DNA of 64,000 nucleotides from Acidobacteriota bacterium. GTDB lineage: Bacteria > Acidobacteriota > Vicinamibacteria > Marinacidobacterales > Marinacidobacteraceae. The stretch covers positions 13,648 through 77,647 of the forward strand of contig JAJEIY010000031.1 in assembly GCA_022828085.1 (NCBI GenBank), read 5' to 3'. The notes below the pieces were generated by a model. The model worked only from the letters and a program-made list of their open reading frames with translations. It was not told the origin of the DNA and ran no database searches. Of the stretch, positions 49,559 to 59,539 are shown in pieces. The first letter of the stretch is position 1. The number at the start of each line of letters is the position of its first letter. The translations under genes were made by a program, and so were the position numbers.

Positions 49559-51337
49559 ATGATCCAAACGCCCCTCCATCCGGCACCCCGCCGGTCAGCT
49601 GGTTTCCGACGCCGGCGCCTCCCCATCGCAGTATTGGGCCTGGCAGCCGTCGTGGGCGTCCCGAGCGCCCTCGCGCAGGACGAGGCGCCGCTCAACCGCC
49701 GGGAGGTTTCCCGCGCCATCGACATCGCCGAGGATCACCTTGAGGACGCCGAGCGCGCGCTCCGGGACGAGGATGCGGAAGCTGCGCAGGCGGCCTACAG
49801 TCAGGCAGGGGGCCTCTTTCTCCGGGTGCTGCAGGATCATCCCTACCGCCGGGACATCCGCCTGCAGCTCGGCCGCATCTACCTCCACTTCGAAGAGTGG
49901 GAGAACGTCGCCAGCACCTTCGAGCAGGCCCTGATGACGGATCCGCCAACGGAGGAGGAGGACATCGACGGCTGGGCGTTCGAGAACGTCGAGGACGCCG
50001 ACGAGATTCTCGAAGCCTGGACCGCGGTGACGAGCGCCTACGGGATGCTCGAGGACGACCTCAACGTCATCGAGGCCGGGCAGAAGGTCATCGAACTGAA
50101 CCCGAACCCGCCGGCGAGCACCTTCGTGGCGATCGGATCCAGCATGGCCCGGCAGGGACAATTCGAAGAAGCGTCCGACATGGCCCGGCGCGCCCTGGAG
50201 ATCGAGCCCAACAGCGCCATGGCCCACTCGACTCTCGGTCAGGCCGCCGCCGCCGGGGGCGACCTGGACGAGGCCGAGGCTTCCTTCCGGCGTGCGGTCG
50301 AGCTCGACCCGAACACCGCCCGGGCTCACGCCGGCCTCGCCGACATCTACTACGAGCGCGACGACTTTCAGGCGGCCGTGGACGCGGCGACCGCCGCGCT
50401 CGGCCTGAACGACCAGTTGACGGCGGCCTACGGGATCCGGGGGCTCGCGAACAACGCCCTCGGCAACTCGGCCGAGGCCCAGGGCGACCTGTCCATGGCG
50501 GTCACGGTGAACCCTGACGACCCGGCGGCGAACCTCGCCTTCGCCCAGGTGTACGAGGCGCTCGAGAACCGGGGCCAGGCGTCGAGCTACTACCGCAAGG
50601 TCACGACGCTCGCGAACTCTCCGCCGGCCTCCAGGGTGACGGCCCATGTGGCGCTCGGGCGTTTCGCCATCGAGGCCCTGAACTACGACGAAGCCGTGAA
50701 CGAGATGAACGCGGCGGTCGCCGCCGATCCGAACTCGGAGGAAGCCAAGGCGGGACTCGGCATGGCGAGCCACGCGAGCGCCAAGGCCAAGCGACAGGCC
50801 CAGGACGTCGCGGGCGCCCTGGCTGCGGCGCAGGCGGCGAGCGCGGCCGATCCCGACAACCCGGTCTACCAGGTGGAGCACGGCATCGCGCTCATCCTGA
50901 ACCAGCAGGTGGCCGAGGCGGTGCCGGTCCTTGAATCGGGGGTTCCCAACTTCCCTGCCGACGGGAACATGGATGACCTCGCGGTCGGTCATTGGGCGCT
51001 CGGACAGGCCTACATGGCTTCGCAGAACTTCGCCGGCGCCGAGACCCAGTTCAGCGAGGCGACCCAGAAGATGGACAGTTGGGGAGCGCCGTTCCAGATG
51101 CTGGCCTGGGCCCATACCGCCCAGATCGCGTACGGCCCCTGCCGGCTCAAGGACGCCGCGTTCGGCGAACGGATGCAGGCGGCTGGAGTGGGCTGTCCCG
51201 CCAGCGACGCCGACTACGAGCGGGTGGCCGCCGCCGCCGCGGAGTACGAGAAGGCCGTTGCCCTTGGTGTCCAGGACCCCGTCCTCGCCGAGCGGATCGC
51301 GGTGCTCCAGGAGGTCAGGAATCAAGTCGCCGAATGA
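49559..51337 (+). CDS. Exported tetratricopeptide-repeat protein
   Basis: Signal peptide; many ALE..P..A.AH..LG repeats; GGAGG RBS. Confidence 0.85.
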   Translation: MIQTPLHPAPRRSAGFRRRRLPIAVLGLAAVVGVPSALAQDEAPLNRREVSRAIDIAEDHLEDAERALRDEDAEAAQAAYSQAGGLFLRVLQDHPYRRDIRLQLGRIYLHFEEWENVASTFEQALMTDPPTEEEDIDGWAFENVEDADEILEAWTAVTSAYGMLEDDLNVIEAGQKVIELNPNPPASTFVAIGSSMARQGQFEEASDMARRALEIEPNSAMAHSTLGQAAAAGGDLDEAEASFRRAVELDPNTARAHAGLADIYYERDDFQAAVDAATAALGLNDQLTAAYGIRGLANNALGNSAEAQGDLSMAVTVNPDDPAANLAFAQVYEALENRGQASSYYRKVTTLANSPPASRVTAHVALGRFAIEALNYDEAVNEMNAAVAADPNSEEAKAGLGMASHASAKAKRQAQDVAGALAAAQAASAADPDNPVYQVEHGIALILNQQVAEAVPVLESGVPNFPADGNMDDLAVGHWALGQAYMASQNFAGAETQFSEATQKMDSWGAPFQMLAWAHTAQIAYGPCRLKDAAFGERMQAAGVGCPASDADYERVAAAAAEYEKAVALGVQDPVLAERIAVLQEVRNQVAE

Positions 51338-52545
51338 CGGCCCGGGGTAGCGGCGAAGTCTCAGACGGCACCCCGGACATCAAGGGGCTGTTCTCCGCGT
51401 TGAGCGGGGAGCAGCCCCGCATGGAGGAGATGCTGGGGCGGTTCGTCCGGATCGAATCGCCCACCGACGACCCGGAGGCCACCGCCCGGATGGGCGACGA
51501 GGCCGTTTCCGCGCTCACGGACGTCGCCGGGGGCCTGCTGAACGGCGCCTCCGTCTCGCGGGTTTCCGGGACCGCTGCCGGAACGCCGCGCGGACCTCAT
51601 GTGCTGGTGCGGGTTCCGGGAGCGGTGGCCCGGGAGAAACCGCTGTTGCTGCTCGGCCACCTGGACACCGTCTGGGCGCACGGCACCCTGGACGAGATCC
51701 CCTTCCGGATCGAGGACGGCGTTGCCCGGGGGCCGGGCGTCTATGACATGAAGGCGGGCCTGGTGCAGACGATCTGGGCCCTCCGGGTCCTCGACCGTCA
51801 CGGACTCCGGCCGCGCCGGCCGCTCACGATCCTCTGGAACACCGACGAAGAGGCGGGAAGCGCGGCGAGCCGGGAGTTCATCGAGGCGGAGGCTTCGGAA
51901 GCGGCCGCCTGTCTGGTGATGGAGCCGTCGTTGCCCGGAGGCGGCGCCAAGACCGGCCGCCGCGGCGTCGGGATCCTGACCGTGCGGGTCAGGGGACGCG
52001 CCGCCCATGCCGGCCTCGATCCCGAACGCGGGATCAACGCGATCACCGAACTCGCGGGCGTCGTCACGGCCGCCGCCGCGCTCTCGGCGCCCGAGCGGGG
52101 CGTCACGGTGAACGTGGGGCTGATCCGGGGCGGGTCGCGCACGAATGTCGTTCCAGCGGAGGCGTCGGCCGACGTGGACATCCGGATGGACGACCCGGAA
52201 TCGGGAGAGCGGCTGATCCGGGCGCTCCGGGACCTGGGCGCGGCGCATCCCGAGGCCGAAGTGCACTGGACCGGTGGAGTGAACCGGCCGGCGCTCGTGC
52301 GGAACGCGGGGGTCGTGAGGCTCTACGAGCGGGCCCGGCGGCTGGCCGGAAGACTCGACTGGGAGATCGGCGAGGGCTCGGCCGGCGGAGGCTCGGACGG
52401 CAACATCGTGGCCGGCCTCGGCGTTCCGGTGCTCGACGGACTCGGCCCGCTCGGGGACGGCGCCCACGCGCGCCACGAGCAGGTGGTCACGGCCGATCTG
52501 CCGCGGCGCGCCGCCCTCCTCGCGGCGCTGCTCCTGGAGCTGTAG
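51334..52545 (+). CDS. M20 metallopeptidase (glutamate carboxypeptidase-like)
   Basis: GHLDTV, GPGVYDMKAG, DEEAGS, GGGSDGN, DGLGP.GDGAH. Confidence 0.9.
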   Translation: MTARGSGEVSDGTPDIKGLFSALSGEQPRMEEMLGRFVRIESPTDDPEATARMGDEAVSALTDVAGGLLNGASVSRVSGTAAGTPRGPHVLVRVPGAVAREKPLLLLGHLDTVWAHGTLDEIPFRIEDGVARGPGVYDMKAGLVQTIWALRVLDRHGLRPRRPLTILWNTDEEAGSAASREFIEAEASEAAACLVMEPSLPGGGAKTGRRGVGILTVRVRGRAAHAGLDPERGINAITELAGVVTAAAALSAPERGVTVNVGLIRGGSRTNVVPAEASADVDIRMDDPESGERLIRALRDLGAAHPEAEVHWTGGVNRPALVRNAGVVRLYERARRLAGRLDWEIGEGSAGGGSDGNIVAGLGVPVLDGLGPLGDGAHARHEQVVTADLPRRAALLAALLLEL

Positions 52546-52735
52546 GAGCGCCGACCTTCAGGTCGGCATCGCTGCGCGACAGCGCAGCGAAACTCACGAC
52601 ACCATGCACCCTCATCACCCGGGCTCAATCGCGGACGGCGTTGCGCCATCCCCTTTCGCGCCCCGCCACATGGCGGATCAGGTGAGGGAGTTTCGCCCGC
52701 TGGGCGGGCGATGCCGGTGTGAACACCGGCGCTCC
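52545..52735. repeat. REPIN-like element (units 52545-52596 and 52687-52735)
   Basis: Same unit architecture as 1887-2103 with compensatory stem changes; between convergent genes. Confidence 0.85.
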
Positions 52736-52758
52736 TTGCCCTTGGCCGGCGCTCCGAG

Positions 52759-53508
52759 TTACAGGATCTGGCTCAGGAAGCGTTTCGTCCGTTCGTCGGC
52801 GGGGTTCGTGAAGAACCGGTCCGGAGGCAGACACTCGACGATGCTGCCCTCGTCCATGAAGGCCACCCGGTCGGCGACGGTGCGCGCGAAACCCATTTCG
52901 TGCGTGACCACGATCATCGTCATGCCGCTCTGCGCGAGATCGTTCATCACGTCGAGGACCTCCTTGATCATCACGGGATCGAGCGCCGACGTGGGTTCGT
53001 CGAACAGCATGACCCGGGGCCGCATGCAGAGCGACCGCGCGATCGCCGCCCGCTGCTGCTGACCGCCCGAGAGCTGGGCGGGGTGTTTTCCGGCCTGCTC
53101 CGGAATCCGGACCCGGACGAGGAACTCCATGGCCCGCTCCCGGGCGTCCGCGGGAGTCATGCCGAGCACCCGGACCGGCCCCAGCATGCAGTTCTCGAGC
53201 ACCGTGAGGTGGGGGAAGAGATTGAACTCCTGGAACACCATGCCGATCTCGCGGCGGACCTCCGTGAGACCGGCCGCGTCCGCCCCGAGTTCCCTCCCGG
53301 CGAAGACGACGCGGCCTTCCTGGTGCTCCTCGAGGCGGTTGATGCAGCGGATCAGCGTGGACTTTCCGGAGCCGGACGGGCCGCAGATCACGATGCGCTC
53401 GCCCTCGGCGACCCGGAGACGCACGTCACGGAGCACCTGGAACGCGCCGAACCACTTGCTGACGCCGTCGAGTTCGATCAACGGCGCTCCGGGAGTCAGG
53501 CGCTCCAC
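52759..53508 (-). CDS. Polar amino-acid ABC transporter ATP-binding protein
   Basis: [34 protein letters not shown]. Confidence 0.95.
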   Translation of the reverse strand: MERLTPGAPLIELDGVSKWFGAFQVLRDVRLRVAEGERIVICGPSGSGKSTLIRCINRLEEHQEGRVVFAGRELGADAAGLTEVRREIGMVFQEFNLFPHLTVLENCMLGPVRVLGMTPADARERAMEFLVRVRIPEQAGKHPAQLSGGQQQRAAIARSLCMRPRVMLFDEPTSALDPVMIKEVLDVMNDLAQSGMTMIVVTHEMGFARTVADRVAFMDEGSIVECLPPDRFFTNPADERTKRFLSQIL

Positions 53509-53512
53509 CGGT

Positions 53513-54403
53513 TCAGGCCCGGGCCGCCGCCGCGCTCTTTTCGAGCCGGCCGAACAGCAGCGAAAGGAAATAACAGAGGCAGAAGTACAACGCGGCGACC
53601 GTGATCCAGACCTCGAAGACGCGGGTCGTGGAAACCGCCGTCTCCATCGCCAGGAAGGTGAGTTCCTGGATCGAGATGAGGGAGAGGATCGAGGAGTCCT
53701 TGACGAGGGTGATGAACTGGCCGGCGAGGGGCGGAATCACCCGCCGGAGCGCCTGCGGCAGGATCACCCGCCGCCAGAGCTCCCAGCGGGAGAGCCCGAT
53801 GCTGAGGCCCGCCTCCGTCTGGGTCTTCGGGATGGATTGGATCCCGGCGCGCACGATCTCGGTCATGTAGGCGCCCTGGAACATGGCGAGACAGATGACG
53901 CCGGAGATGACGTTCGGGATGAGGGCGGCCGGCCCGAACACCAGTTCGAGGGACCGAAGGGTGGCGGGCGAAGCGCGCCGCACGAAGTCCTCCACCCCCA
54001 GGACCGGCATGATCTGGCTGCTGATGAAGAAGTAGAAGATGAAGATGAAGACGAGCGGCGGGATGTTCCGGATCAACTCGACGTAGGTCCGGCTCAGGAG
54101 CCGCGGGAACAGGCGCCCCGCGGTGCGCAGGACGCCGAAGACGGCGCCGAACAGCGCCGCCGGGATCATGCTCAGGATCGCCAGGCGGATCGTCGTGAAG
54201 AAACCCTGCATCAGCAGGTTCGGGACCCACCGCCCGGTCTCTTCGTCCCACCGGTAGAGGGAATTCGGGATGGCGCTCCAGTCCCAGCGGTACTCCAGAA
54301 CGGCCTCGACCCGGTGGAAGACGTACCCGAGGGCCACGACGACCGCGGTCAGGACCGCGGCATCGACCCATCCGAGGCGGGCCCTGGTGCGGCCGGGAAT
54401 CAC
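53513..54403 (-). CDS. Polar amino-acid ABC transporter permease
   Basis: [30 protein letters not shown]. Confidence 0.92.
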   Translation of the reverse strand: MIPGRTRARLGWVDAAVLTAVVVALGYVFHRVEAVLEYRWDWSAIPNSLYRWDEETGRWVPNLLMQGFFTTIRLAILSMIPAALFGAVFGVLRTAGRLFPRLLSRTYVELIRNIPPLVFIFIFYFFISSQIMPVLGVEDFVRRASPATLRSLELVFGPAALIPNVISGVICLAMFQGAYMTEIVRAGIQSIPKTQTEAGLSIGLSRWELWRRVILPQALRRVIPPLAGQFITLVKDSSILSLISIQELTFLAMETAVSTTRVFEVWITVAALYFCLCYFLSLLFGRLEKSAAAARA

Positions 54404-55260
54404 TGCTGCGGCGTACTCCCGGGACGCACCTCGTCCATCCAGTTGGTGGTCTTGAACCAGTAGTCGTAGCGCTCCGCGAGCCAGCCGTTCGTCGTGTTCA
54501 CGCGGATCCAGTTGGAAAAGAAGTTCAGCGCGTCCGGATCGCCCTTGCGGAGCCCGAACGCCTCGTCCCCCTGCGAGAGGTTGCCGGTCGTCGGCAGAAA
54601 GAGGAGTTCCGGGTTCCGTCCCGCCCACTCGACCGGCTTCGGGTAGGAAGACAGGATGGCGTGCGCGTTGCCGTTCAGCACTTCCTGAATGGCCTGGATG
54701 TCGTCGTCGAAACGGCGGATCGTCGCTCTCGGGAAGAGGCGGGCCGCGTCGTTGCAGGCGCTGGCGCCGCGCCGGCAGGTGAGGGTGACCTCCTCGCTGT
54801 CGTAGCCGTCCGGCCACGCCAGGTCCGCGGCCAGGTCCCGGTTGGCGGCGATCCCCATGCCGGAGTGCGCATAGGGAATGGTGAAGTTGATGGTGAGGTT
54901 CCGCTGCGGACGAATGCTCATGCCGCCGATGATCACGTCGAACTTCCCGGCGAGGAGGGCAGGGATGATCCCGTCCCAGGAAGTCGGCACGAACTCGATG
55001 TTCACCCCCATGTCCTCGGCGAGCCTGGTGGCGACGTCCACCTCGAATCCGACGAGCTCGCCGTTCCGGTCGCGCATCGCCCACGGTTCGAACGTCGAGA
55101 CGCCGACCTTGAGGGCGCCGCGCCGCTGGATCGTCTCGACGACGCTTTCGGCGGAGCCCTGCTGACCGGCGCAGCGCAACTGGAATCCGGCGGCCACGCC
55201 GAGCGCCAGGAGCGCGGCCAGCGCCCGGCCCGATCGCGGGCCGGTCCTTGTTCGCCTCAT
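54400..55260 (-). CDS. Polar amino-acid ABC transporter substrate-binding protein
   Basis: GFEVDVA, WDGIIPALLAGKFD, INFTIPY, RKGDPD. Confidence 0.92.
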   Translation of the reverse strand: MRRTRTGPRSGRALAALLALGVAAGFQLRCAGQQGSAESVVETIQRRGALKVGVSTFEPWAMRDRNGELVGFEVDVATRLAEDMGVNIEFVPTSWDGIIPALLAGKFDVIIGGMSIRPQRNLTINFTIPYAHSGMGIAANRDLAADLAWPDGYDSEEVTLTCRRGASACNDAARLFPRATIRRFDDDIQAIQEVLNGNAHAILSSYPKPVEWAGRNPELLFLPTTGNLSQGDEAFGLRKGDPDALNFFSNWIRVNTTNGWLAERYDYWFKTTNWMDEVRPGSTPQQ

Positions 55261-55300
55261 GCTCTTCTCCTTGCTCCGGTGCGGAATCGGGCCGGGGGAA

Positions 55301-56209
55301 TCACGCGCGGACGTGGTGCTCGAGCCGGTTCGCGGCCACCGAGAGGGCCACCGTGAACGCCAGGTAGATGGCGGCGACCGTGATCCAGATCTCGAAGCTC
55401 AGGAATGTCTCCGCGATGATGTTCCGCGCCTCGGTGGTGAGGTCGAAGACCGCGATCACGCTCACGATCGCCGAGTTCCTGACGAGCGAGATCACGATCC
55501 CTGTGAGCGGCGGCAGCATCAGGGGAACCGCCTGCGGCAGGACGACCGAGCGGTAGAGCTGCCGACGGCTCAGGCCGAGACTCGCACCCGCCTCCCACTG
55601 CCCGCGGCGGACGGAGAGGATGCCCGCCCGGATCACTTCGCCGGCGAACGCGCCCTCGAAGATCGACAGCGCCAGGACGCCGACCCAGAACCGGTCGAGG
55701 CCCAGGATGGGGCCCAGGACGAAGTAGAACAGGTAGACCTGAATCAGCAACGGAGTGCTGCGCACGGCCTCCACATAGACCTTCGCGACGATGCGTCCCG
55801 AGAAGGAGTCCGAAAGCCGCAGCAGCGCGGCCGCGAGTCCGATCGCGAGGGTGACGAGGACGCTCCAACCGGTCAGTTCCAGGGTGACGAGCAGGCCATG
55901 CGCCAGCGGGCCCCAGAGCAGTTCCCCTTCGACGATCCGAACGAGATATTCGGGAACCCGGTACCACTGCCAGTTGTAGCCCATGCCGATGGCGCCCGAG
56001 ACCGCGAGCCCGAGCAGGCCGGCGACGAACACGGTGAACTGGAGGACGTCGAGCCACGCCGCGTTCCACCAGCGGCTGCGTCCGGCATCCCGCGACGGCC
56101 GGCGGGAGTCCGGGGGCCGTCTGTCCCTCGGCGACTCCACTCGTCTTCCGGCAGGGGGCGCGCGAGATGTCACGGAGCGCCCCGCGCGGGTCCGTTTTTT
56201 CTGCTCCAT
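55301..56209 (-). CDS. Polar amino-acid ABC transporter permease
   Basis: YVE.VRSTPLLIQ, EVIRAGI, GQWEA, VLPQA; start uncertain. Confidence 0.9.
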   Translation of the reverse strand: MEQKKRTRAGRSVTSRAPPAGRRVESPRDRRPPDSRRPSRDAGRSRWWNAAWLDVLQFTVFVAGLLGLAVSGAIGMGYNWQWYRVPEYLVRIVEGELLWGPLAHGLLVTLELTGWSVLVTLAIGLAAALLRLSDSFSGRIVAKVYVEAVRSTPLLIQVYLFYFVLGPILGLDRFWVGVLALSIFEGAFAGEVIRAGILSVRRGQWEAGASLGLSRRQLYRSVVLPQAVPLMLPPLTGIVISLVRNSAIVSVIAVFDLTTEARNIIAETFLSFEIWITVAAIYLAFTVALSVAANRLEHHVRA

Positions 56210-56257
56210 CCACCGTTACTTCGCGCCTTCCGGACGCCCTCGGTACCGCGGCGAAGG

Positions 56258-56365
56258 GTTGACTTCGATGCCGCCAACGTGGTACGAACGCAGAGTCGCG
56301 TGCAGTTCACACGAAGGAAGGACGGCACGTAAACCGAAGCGAGACGGATTCTTGGAGGGACGACA
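56258..56365 (+). promoter_or_regulatory. Conserved promoter/leader, copy 1 (paralogue at 57293-57394)
   Basis: Shared blocks GTTGACTTC, GTGGTAC, GAAGGAAGGACGGC, GAAGC, AGACGGAT, GGAGG. Confidence 0.6.
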
Positions 56366-56734
56366 ATGGTTAACAGAATACTCGTCGGCGTAGGCACGCT
56401 GATCGGGCTCGCAATGGGCTTTGCCCCCGGCGTGGTTCCACAGGCTGAACTCCTGATGGTTCTCATCGGCATCGTGTATGCCGTCATGAACGTCGATGCC
56501 GAGGACGCCACGAGCTTCCTGGTGGTGGCCATCGCGGTCGGCCTCGCGACGGGCGATCACACGATGCTCGGTCACGAGATGGACGATCACATGATGCACC
56601 ATCATGGCGTGCTCACCCATATCCCGGCTGTCGGAGCTCAGCTCAACGGTGCGTTCGGTGCGCTCCAGATAGCTCTCTACGCGGGAGTGGCGACCATCGC
56701 GGCGACGCGTATCTTCAACCGCCTCAAGGGCTGA
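56366..56734 (+). CDS. Small 4-TM membrane protein with a His/Met-rich loop
   Basis: GGAGG RBS; paralogue of 57395-57715; insert DHTMLGHEMDDHMMHHHG. Confidence 0.8.
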   Translation: MVNRILVGVGTLIGLAMGFAPGVVPQAELLMVLIGIVYAVMNVDAEDATSFLVVAIAVGLATGDHTMLGHEMDDHMMHHHGVLTHIPAVGAQLNGAFGALQIALYAGVATIAATRIFNRLKG

Positions 56735-56743
56735 CGATCGACT

Positions 56744-56772
56744 CGGGGGCGATCTCCTGATCGTCCCCCGAT
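56744..56772 (+). terminator. Stem-loop after the small membrane protein gene
   Basis: GGGGGCGATC-TCCT-GATCGTCCCC hairpin; no clear U-tract. Confidence 0.4.
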
Positions 56773-56919
56773 ACCGCCGGCCTGGCCGGCGGCGCTGGCG
56801 GGGCGCGTGCCGGTCACGCTCCCGCCGGCCGATGGACCCGGTTGCCGGTTTGCCCGGCAGCGGCGTGCCGCTTCCGGCGGTGGCGCCGAACGGGCTCGGG
56901 TGCGGCCATAATGCGCGCC

Positions 56920-57246
56920 ATGAGCGAACTGGCCAGCAAGACCTGTGTTCCGTGCCGGGGCGGGGTGCCCCCGATGGATGCCCGTGACGCCGAGCGCTAT
57001 CTCGCTCAGGTCGAAGGCTGGGGGCACAGCGACCACCGCCGCATCTCGCGCACCTTCGTGTTTTCCGACTTCGCCGGGGCGCTCGATTTCGCCAACCGGG
57101 TCGGCGAGATCGCCGAAGCGGAAGGGCACCACCCGGACCTGCTGGTGGCGTGGGGACGGGTCGAGGTCACCATCTGGACCCACAAGGTGAACGGGCTGAC
57201 CGAAAGCGACTTCATCCTGGCGGCCAAGATCGATCAGCTCGCCTGA
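56920..57246 (+). CDS. phhB: Pterin-4-alpha-carbinolamine dehydratase
   Basis: AEAEGHHPDL, IWTHKVNGLTESDFILAAKID; CATAAT-N7-ATG. Confidence 0.92.
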   Translation: MSELASKTCVPCRGGVPPMDARDAERYLAQVEGWGHSDHRRISRTFVFSDFAGALDFANRVGEIAEAEGHHPDLLVAWGRVEVTIWTHKVNGLTESDFILAAKIDQLA

Positions 57247-57292
57247 CGGCGGCGCGGGATCCGCTCCCCGGCGCCCTCCGTGTTGGGGCAGA

Positions 57293-57394
57293 GTTGACTT
57301 CCGACCCCTGAAGTGGTACTCACCGGGGGCTGCGTTCCGTTCGACTGGAAGGAAGGACGGCGCGCTTGGAAGCAACAGACGGATGGAGGACAAA
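57293..57394 (+). promoter_or_regulatory. Conserved promoter/leader, copy 2
   Basis: Same ordered blocks as 56258-56365. Confidence 0.6.
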
Positions 57395-57715
57395 ATGGCA
57401 AACAGAGTTCTTGTCGGAGTCGCTTTGCTACTTGCGCTTGCGGAAGGTTTCGCCGCCGGGATGATCCCGATGGCGGGGCTCCTGATCGTCCTGGCCGGCA
57501 TCGTGTACGGCGCGATGGCGGTGGATGCCGAGGACGCCACGGCCTATCTGGTGGTGGCCCTGGCAGCCAGCGGCGTGGCCGGCTCGGGGGCGCTCAACGC
57601 CATCCCGGCAGTCGGCGAGGGGCTCACCGGCGTGGTGGGCGGTCTCAGCATGGCCCTTTGGGGCGGTGCGGCGACCGTGGTCATCATGCGGACGGTGAAC
57701 CGGATCAAGGGCTGA
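57395..57715 (+). CDS. Small 4-TM membrane protein (paralogue of 56366-56734)
   Basis: NRVLVGV, GIVY..M.VDAEDAT, IPAVG and NR.KG shared with the paralogue; GGAGG RBS. Confidence 0.8.
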   Translation: MANRVLVGVALLLALAEGFAAGMIPMAGLLIVLAGIVYGAMAVDAEDATAYLVVALAASGVAGSGALNAIPAVGEGLTGVVGGLSMALWGGAATVVIMRTVNRIKG

Positions 57716-57943
57716 TCGGCGGGATTGGCGGCGGGAACGCCGCCAGCCACGGGTGCGGGCCGCCGCCGGCAGCACCCGGCCCGGGATTGATCCCCGGCGT
57801 GCGGCGGTACGGCCGGTAGGCGTATAGCCGCCGGACGCCCGGCCGGGAACCGGTTCCGACCGGTGTCCTCCGGCAGACAGCCGGATCTCGCCCGGCCGGC
57901 AAGGGCGCTCTGGAAATCCGCGCGCCGGGGCATAATCGCCGGC

Positions 57944-58012
57944 GTGAGCCGCAGCCGGATCGACCCGCTTCCGCGAGCGGCGGCGGATCCTTCTCCCGCC
58001 GCCGGCGCATGA
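57944..58012 (+). CDS. Putative leaderless 22-aa uORF coupled to the decarboxylase
   Basis: CATAAT-N7-GTG; its TGA overlaps ATG 58009 (ATGA). Confidence 0.35.
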   Translation: MSRSRIDPLPRAAADPSPAAGA

Positions 58013-59490
58013 GCGGTTCACGCCCGCGGGTCCCGGATCCTGGCGTGATTCCGGCCGCCCACCTGACCCCGGCCGAGTTCGTCGAGAACGGCCGGGCGGT
58101 GCTCGACTGGCTCGCCCGCTACTGGAGCCAGATCGAGGACTACCCGGTCCTGTCGCGCGTCCGGCCGGGCGAGATCCGCGCCCGCCTTCCGGAGGCGGCT
58201 CCGGAGACCGGCGAGTCCTTCGAGGAGGTGATGCGGGACCTCGACCGCATCGTCGTTCCGGGTCTGACCCACTGGCAGTCGCCGAGTTTCTTCGCCTTCT
58301 TCCCCTCCAACAACTCGGGGCCCTCGGTGCTCGGGGAGCTCCTGGCCGCCGGTCTCGGGGTGCAGGGGATGCTCTGGGCGACCAGCCCGGCCTGCACCGA
58401 ACTCGAGACGCACGTCCTCGACTGGCTGGTGGACCTGATGGAACTCCCCTCGGCTTTCCGGTCGGACGGTCCCGGCGGCGGGGTCATTCAGGACACGGCG
58501 TCCTCGGCCACCCTGACCGCGCTGCTGGCCGCCCGCGAGCGCGCCACCGGTTTCGAGTCCAACCGGATCGGGGTGCGTGCTCCCCTCGTCGCCTACGGGT
58601 CGGAGGAGTCGCACTCCTCGCTGCTCAAGGCCGTACGCGTCGCGGGACTCGGCGGCGACAACCTGCGTTCCATCCCGGCGGACCCGGTCAGCCGCGCCGC
58701 CCGTCCGGAGGCGTTTGCCGCCCTCGTGCGCGAAGACCTCGCCGCGGGCCGGATTCCCTGCTTCGTGACCGTCACCCTCGGGACCACCTCCACCGGAGCG
58801 TTCGATCCGCTCGTGGAGATGGGACGGATCGCGAGCGAGCACGGGATCTGGGTCCACGTGGACGCCGCCATGTCCGGGACCGCGTTCCTCTGTCCGGAAT
58901 TCCGGCATCTGCAGGCCGGCCTGGAGTTCGCCGACTCCTACTGCTTCAACCCGCACAAGTGGATGTTCACGAACTTCGATTGCGACGCCTTCTGGGTACG
59001 GGACCGGCGCGCGCTCATCGAGACGCTGTCCGTGACTCCCGAATACCTGAGGAACCGCGCTTCCGACGCCGGGGAGGTCCTGGACTACCGCGACTGGCAC
59101 ATCCCGCTCGGACGCCGCTTCCGGGCCCTCAAGCTGTGGCTGGTGCTGCGCCACTACGGCGCGGCGGGACTCCGGGACCTCATCCGCGAGCACGTCGCCC
59201 TCGGCCAGGAGTTTCGCGGGTGGGTCGAGCAGGCGGACGACTTCGAGGTCCTCACGCCGGCTCCCCTGAACCACGTCACGTTCCGCTACCGCCGGCCCGG
59301 CGCCTCGCCGGACGATCTCAACCGCAGGCTGCTCGATGCCCTGAACGAGTCCGGCCGTCTCTACCTGACGCACACCCGCGTCCCCGTGGGGGTCGCCCTG
59401 CGCATGGTGGTGGCCCAGACCCACACGACGCGGTCGCACGTCCGGCGGGCCTGGGACCTCATCACCCGCACCGCGCGCGAACTGCCCTGA
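58009..59490 (+). CDS. Aromatic-L-amino-acid decarboxylase (group II PLP decarboxylase)
   Basis: PGLTHWQSP.FFAFFP, WATSPACTELE, HVDAA, FNPHKW, LGRRFRALKLW. Confidence 0.9.
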   Translation: MSGSRPRVPDPGVIPAAHLTPAEFVENGRAVLDWLARYWSQIEDYPVLSRVRPGEIRARLPEAAPETGESFEEVMRDLDRIVVPGLTHWQSPSFFAFFPSNNSGPSVLGELLAAGLGVQGMLWATSPACTELETHVLDWLVDLMELPSAFRSDGPGGGVIQDTASSATLTALLAARERATGFESNRIGVRAPLVAYGSEESHSSLLKAVRVAGLGGDNLRSIPADPVSRAARPEAFAALVREDLAAGRIPCFVTVTLGTTSTGAFDPLVEMGRIASEHGIWVHVDAAMSGTAFLCPEFRHLQAGLEFADSYCFNPHKWMFTNFDCDAFWVRDRRALIETLSVTPEYLRNRASDAGEVLDYRDWHIPLGRRFRALKLWLVLRHYGAAGLRDLIREHVALGQEFRGWVEQADDFEVLTPAPLNHVTFRYRRPGASPDDLNRRLLDALNESGRLYLTHTRVPVGVALRMVVAQTHTTRSHVRRAWDLITRTARELP

Positions 59491-59539
59491 CCGGCCGGTC
59501 GAGGGATTCCCGCCGGAGGGAGAGCGGGCGCCGCCGCGG

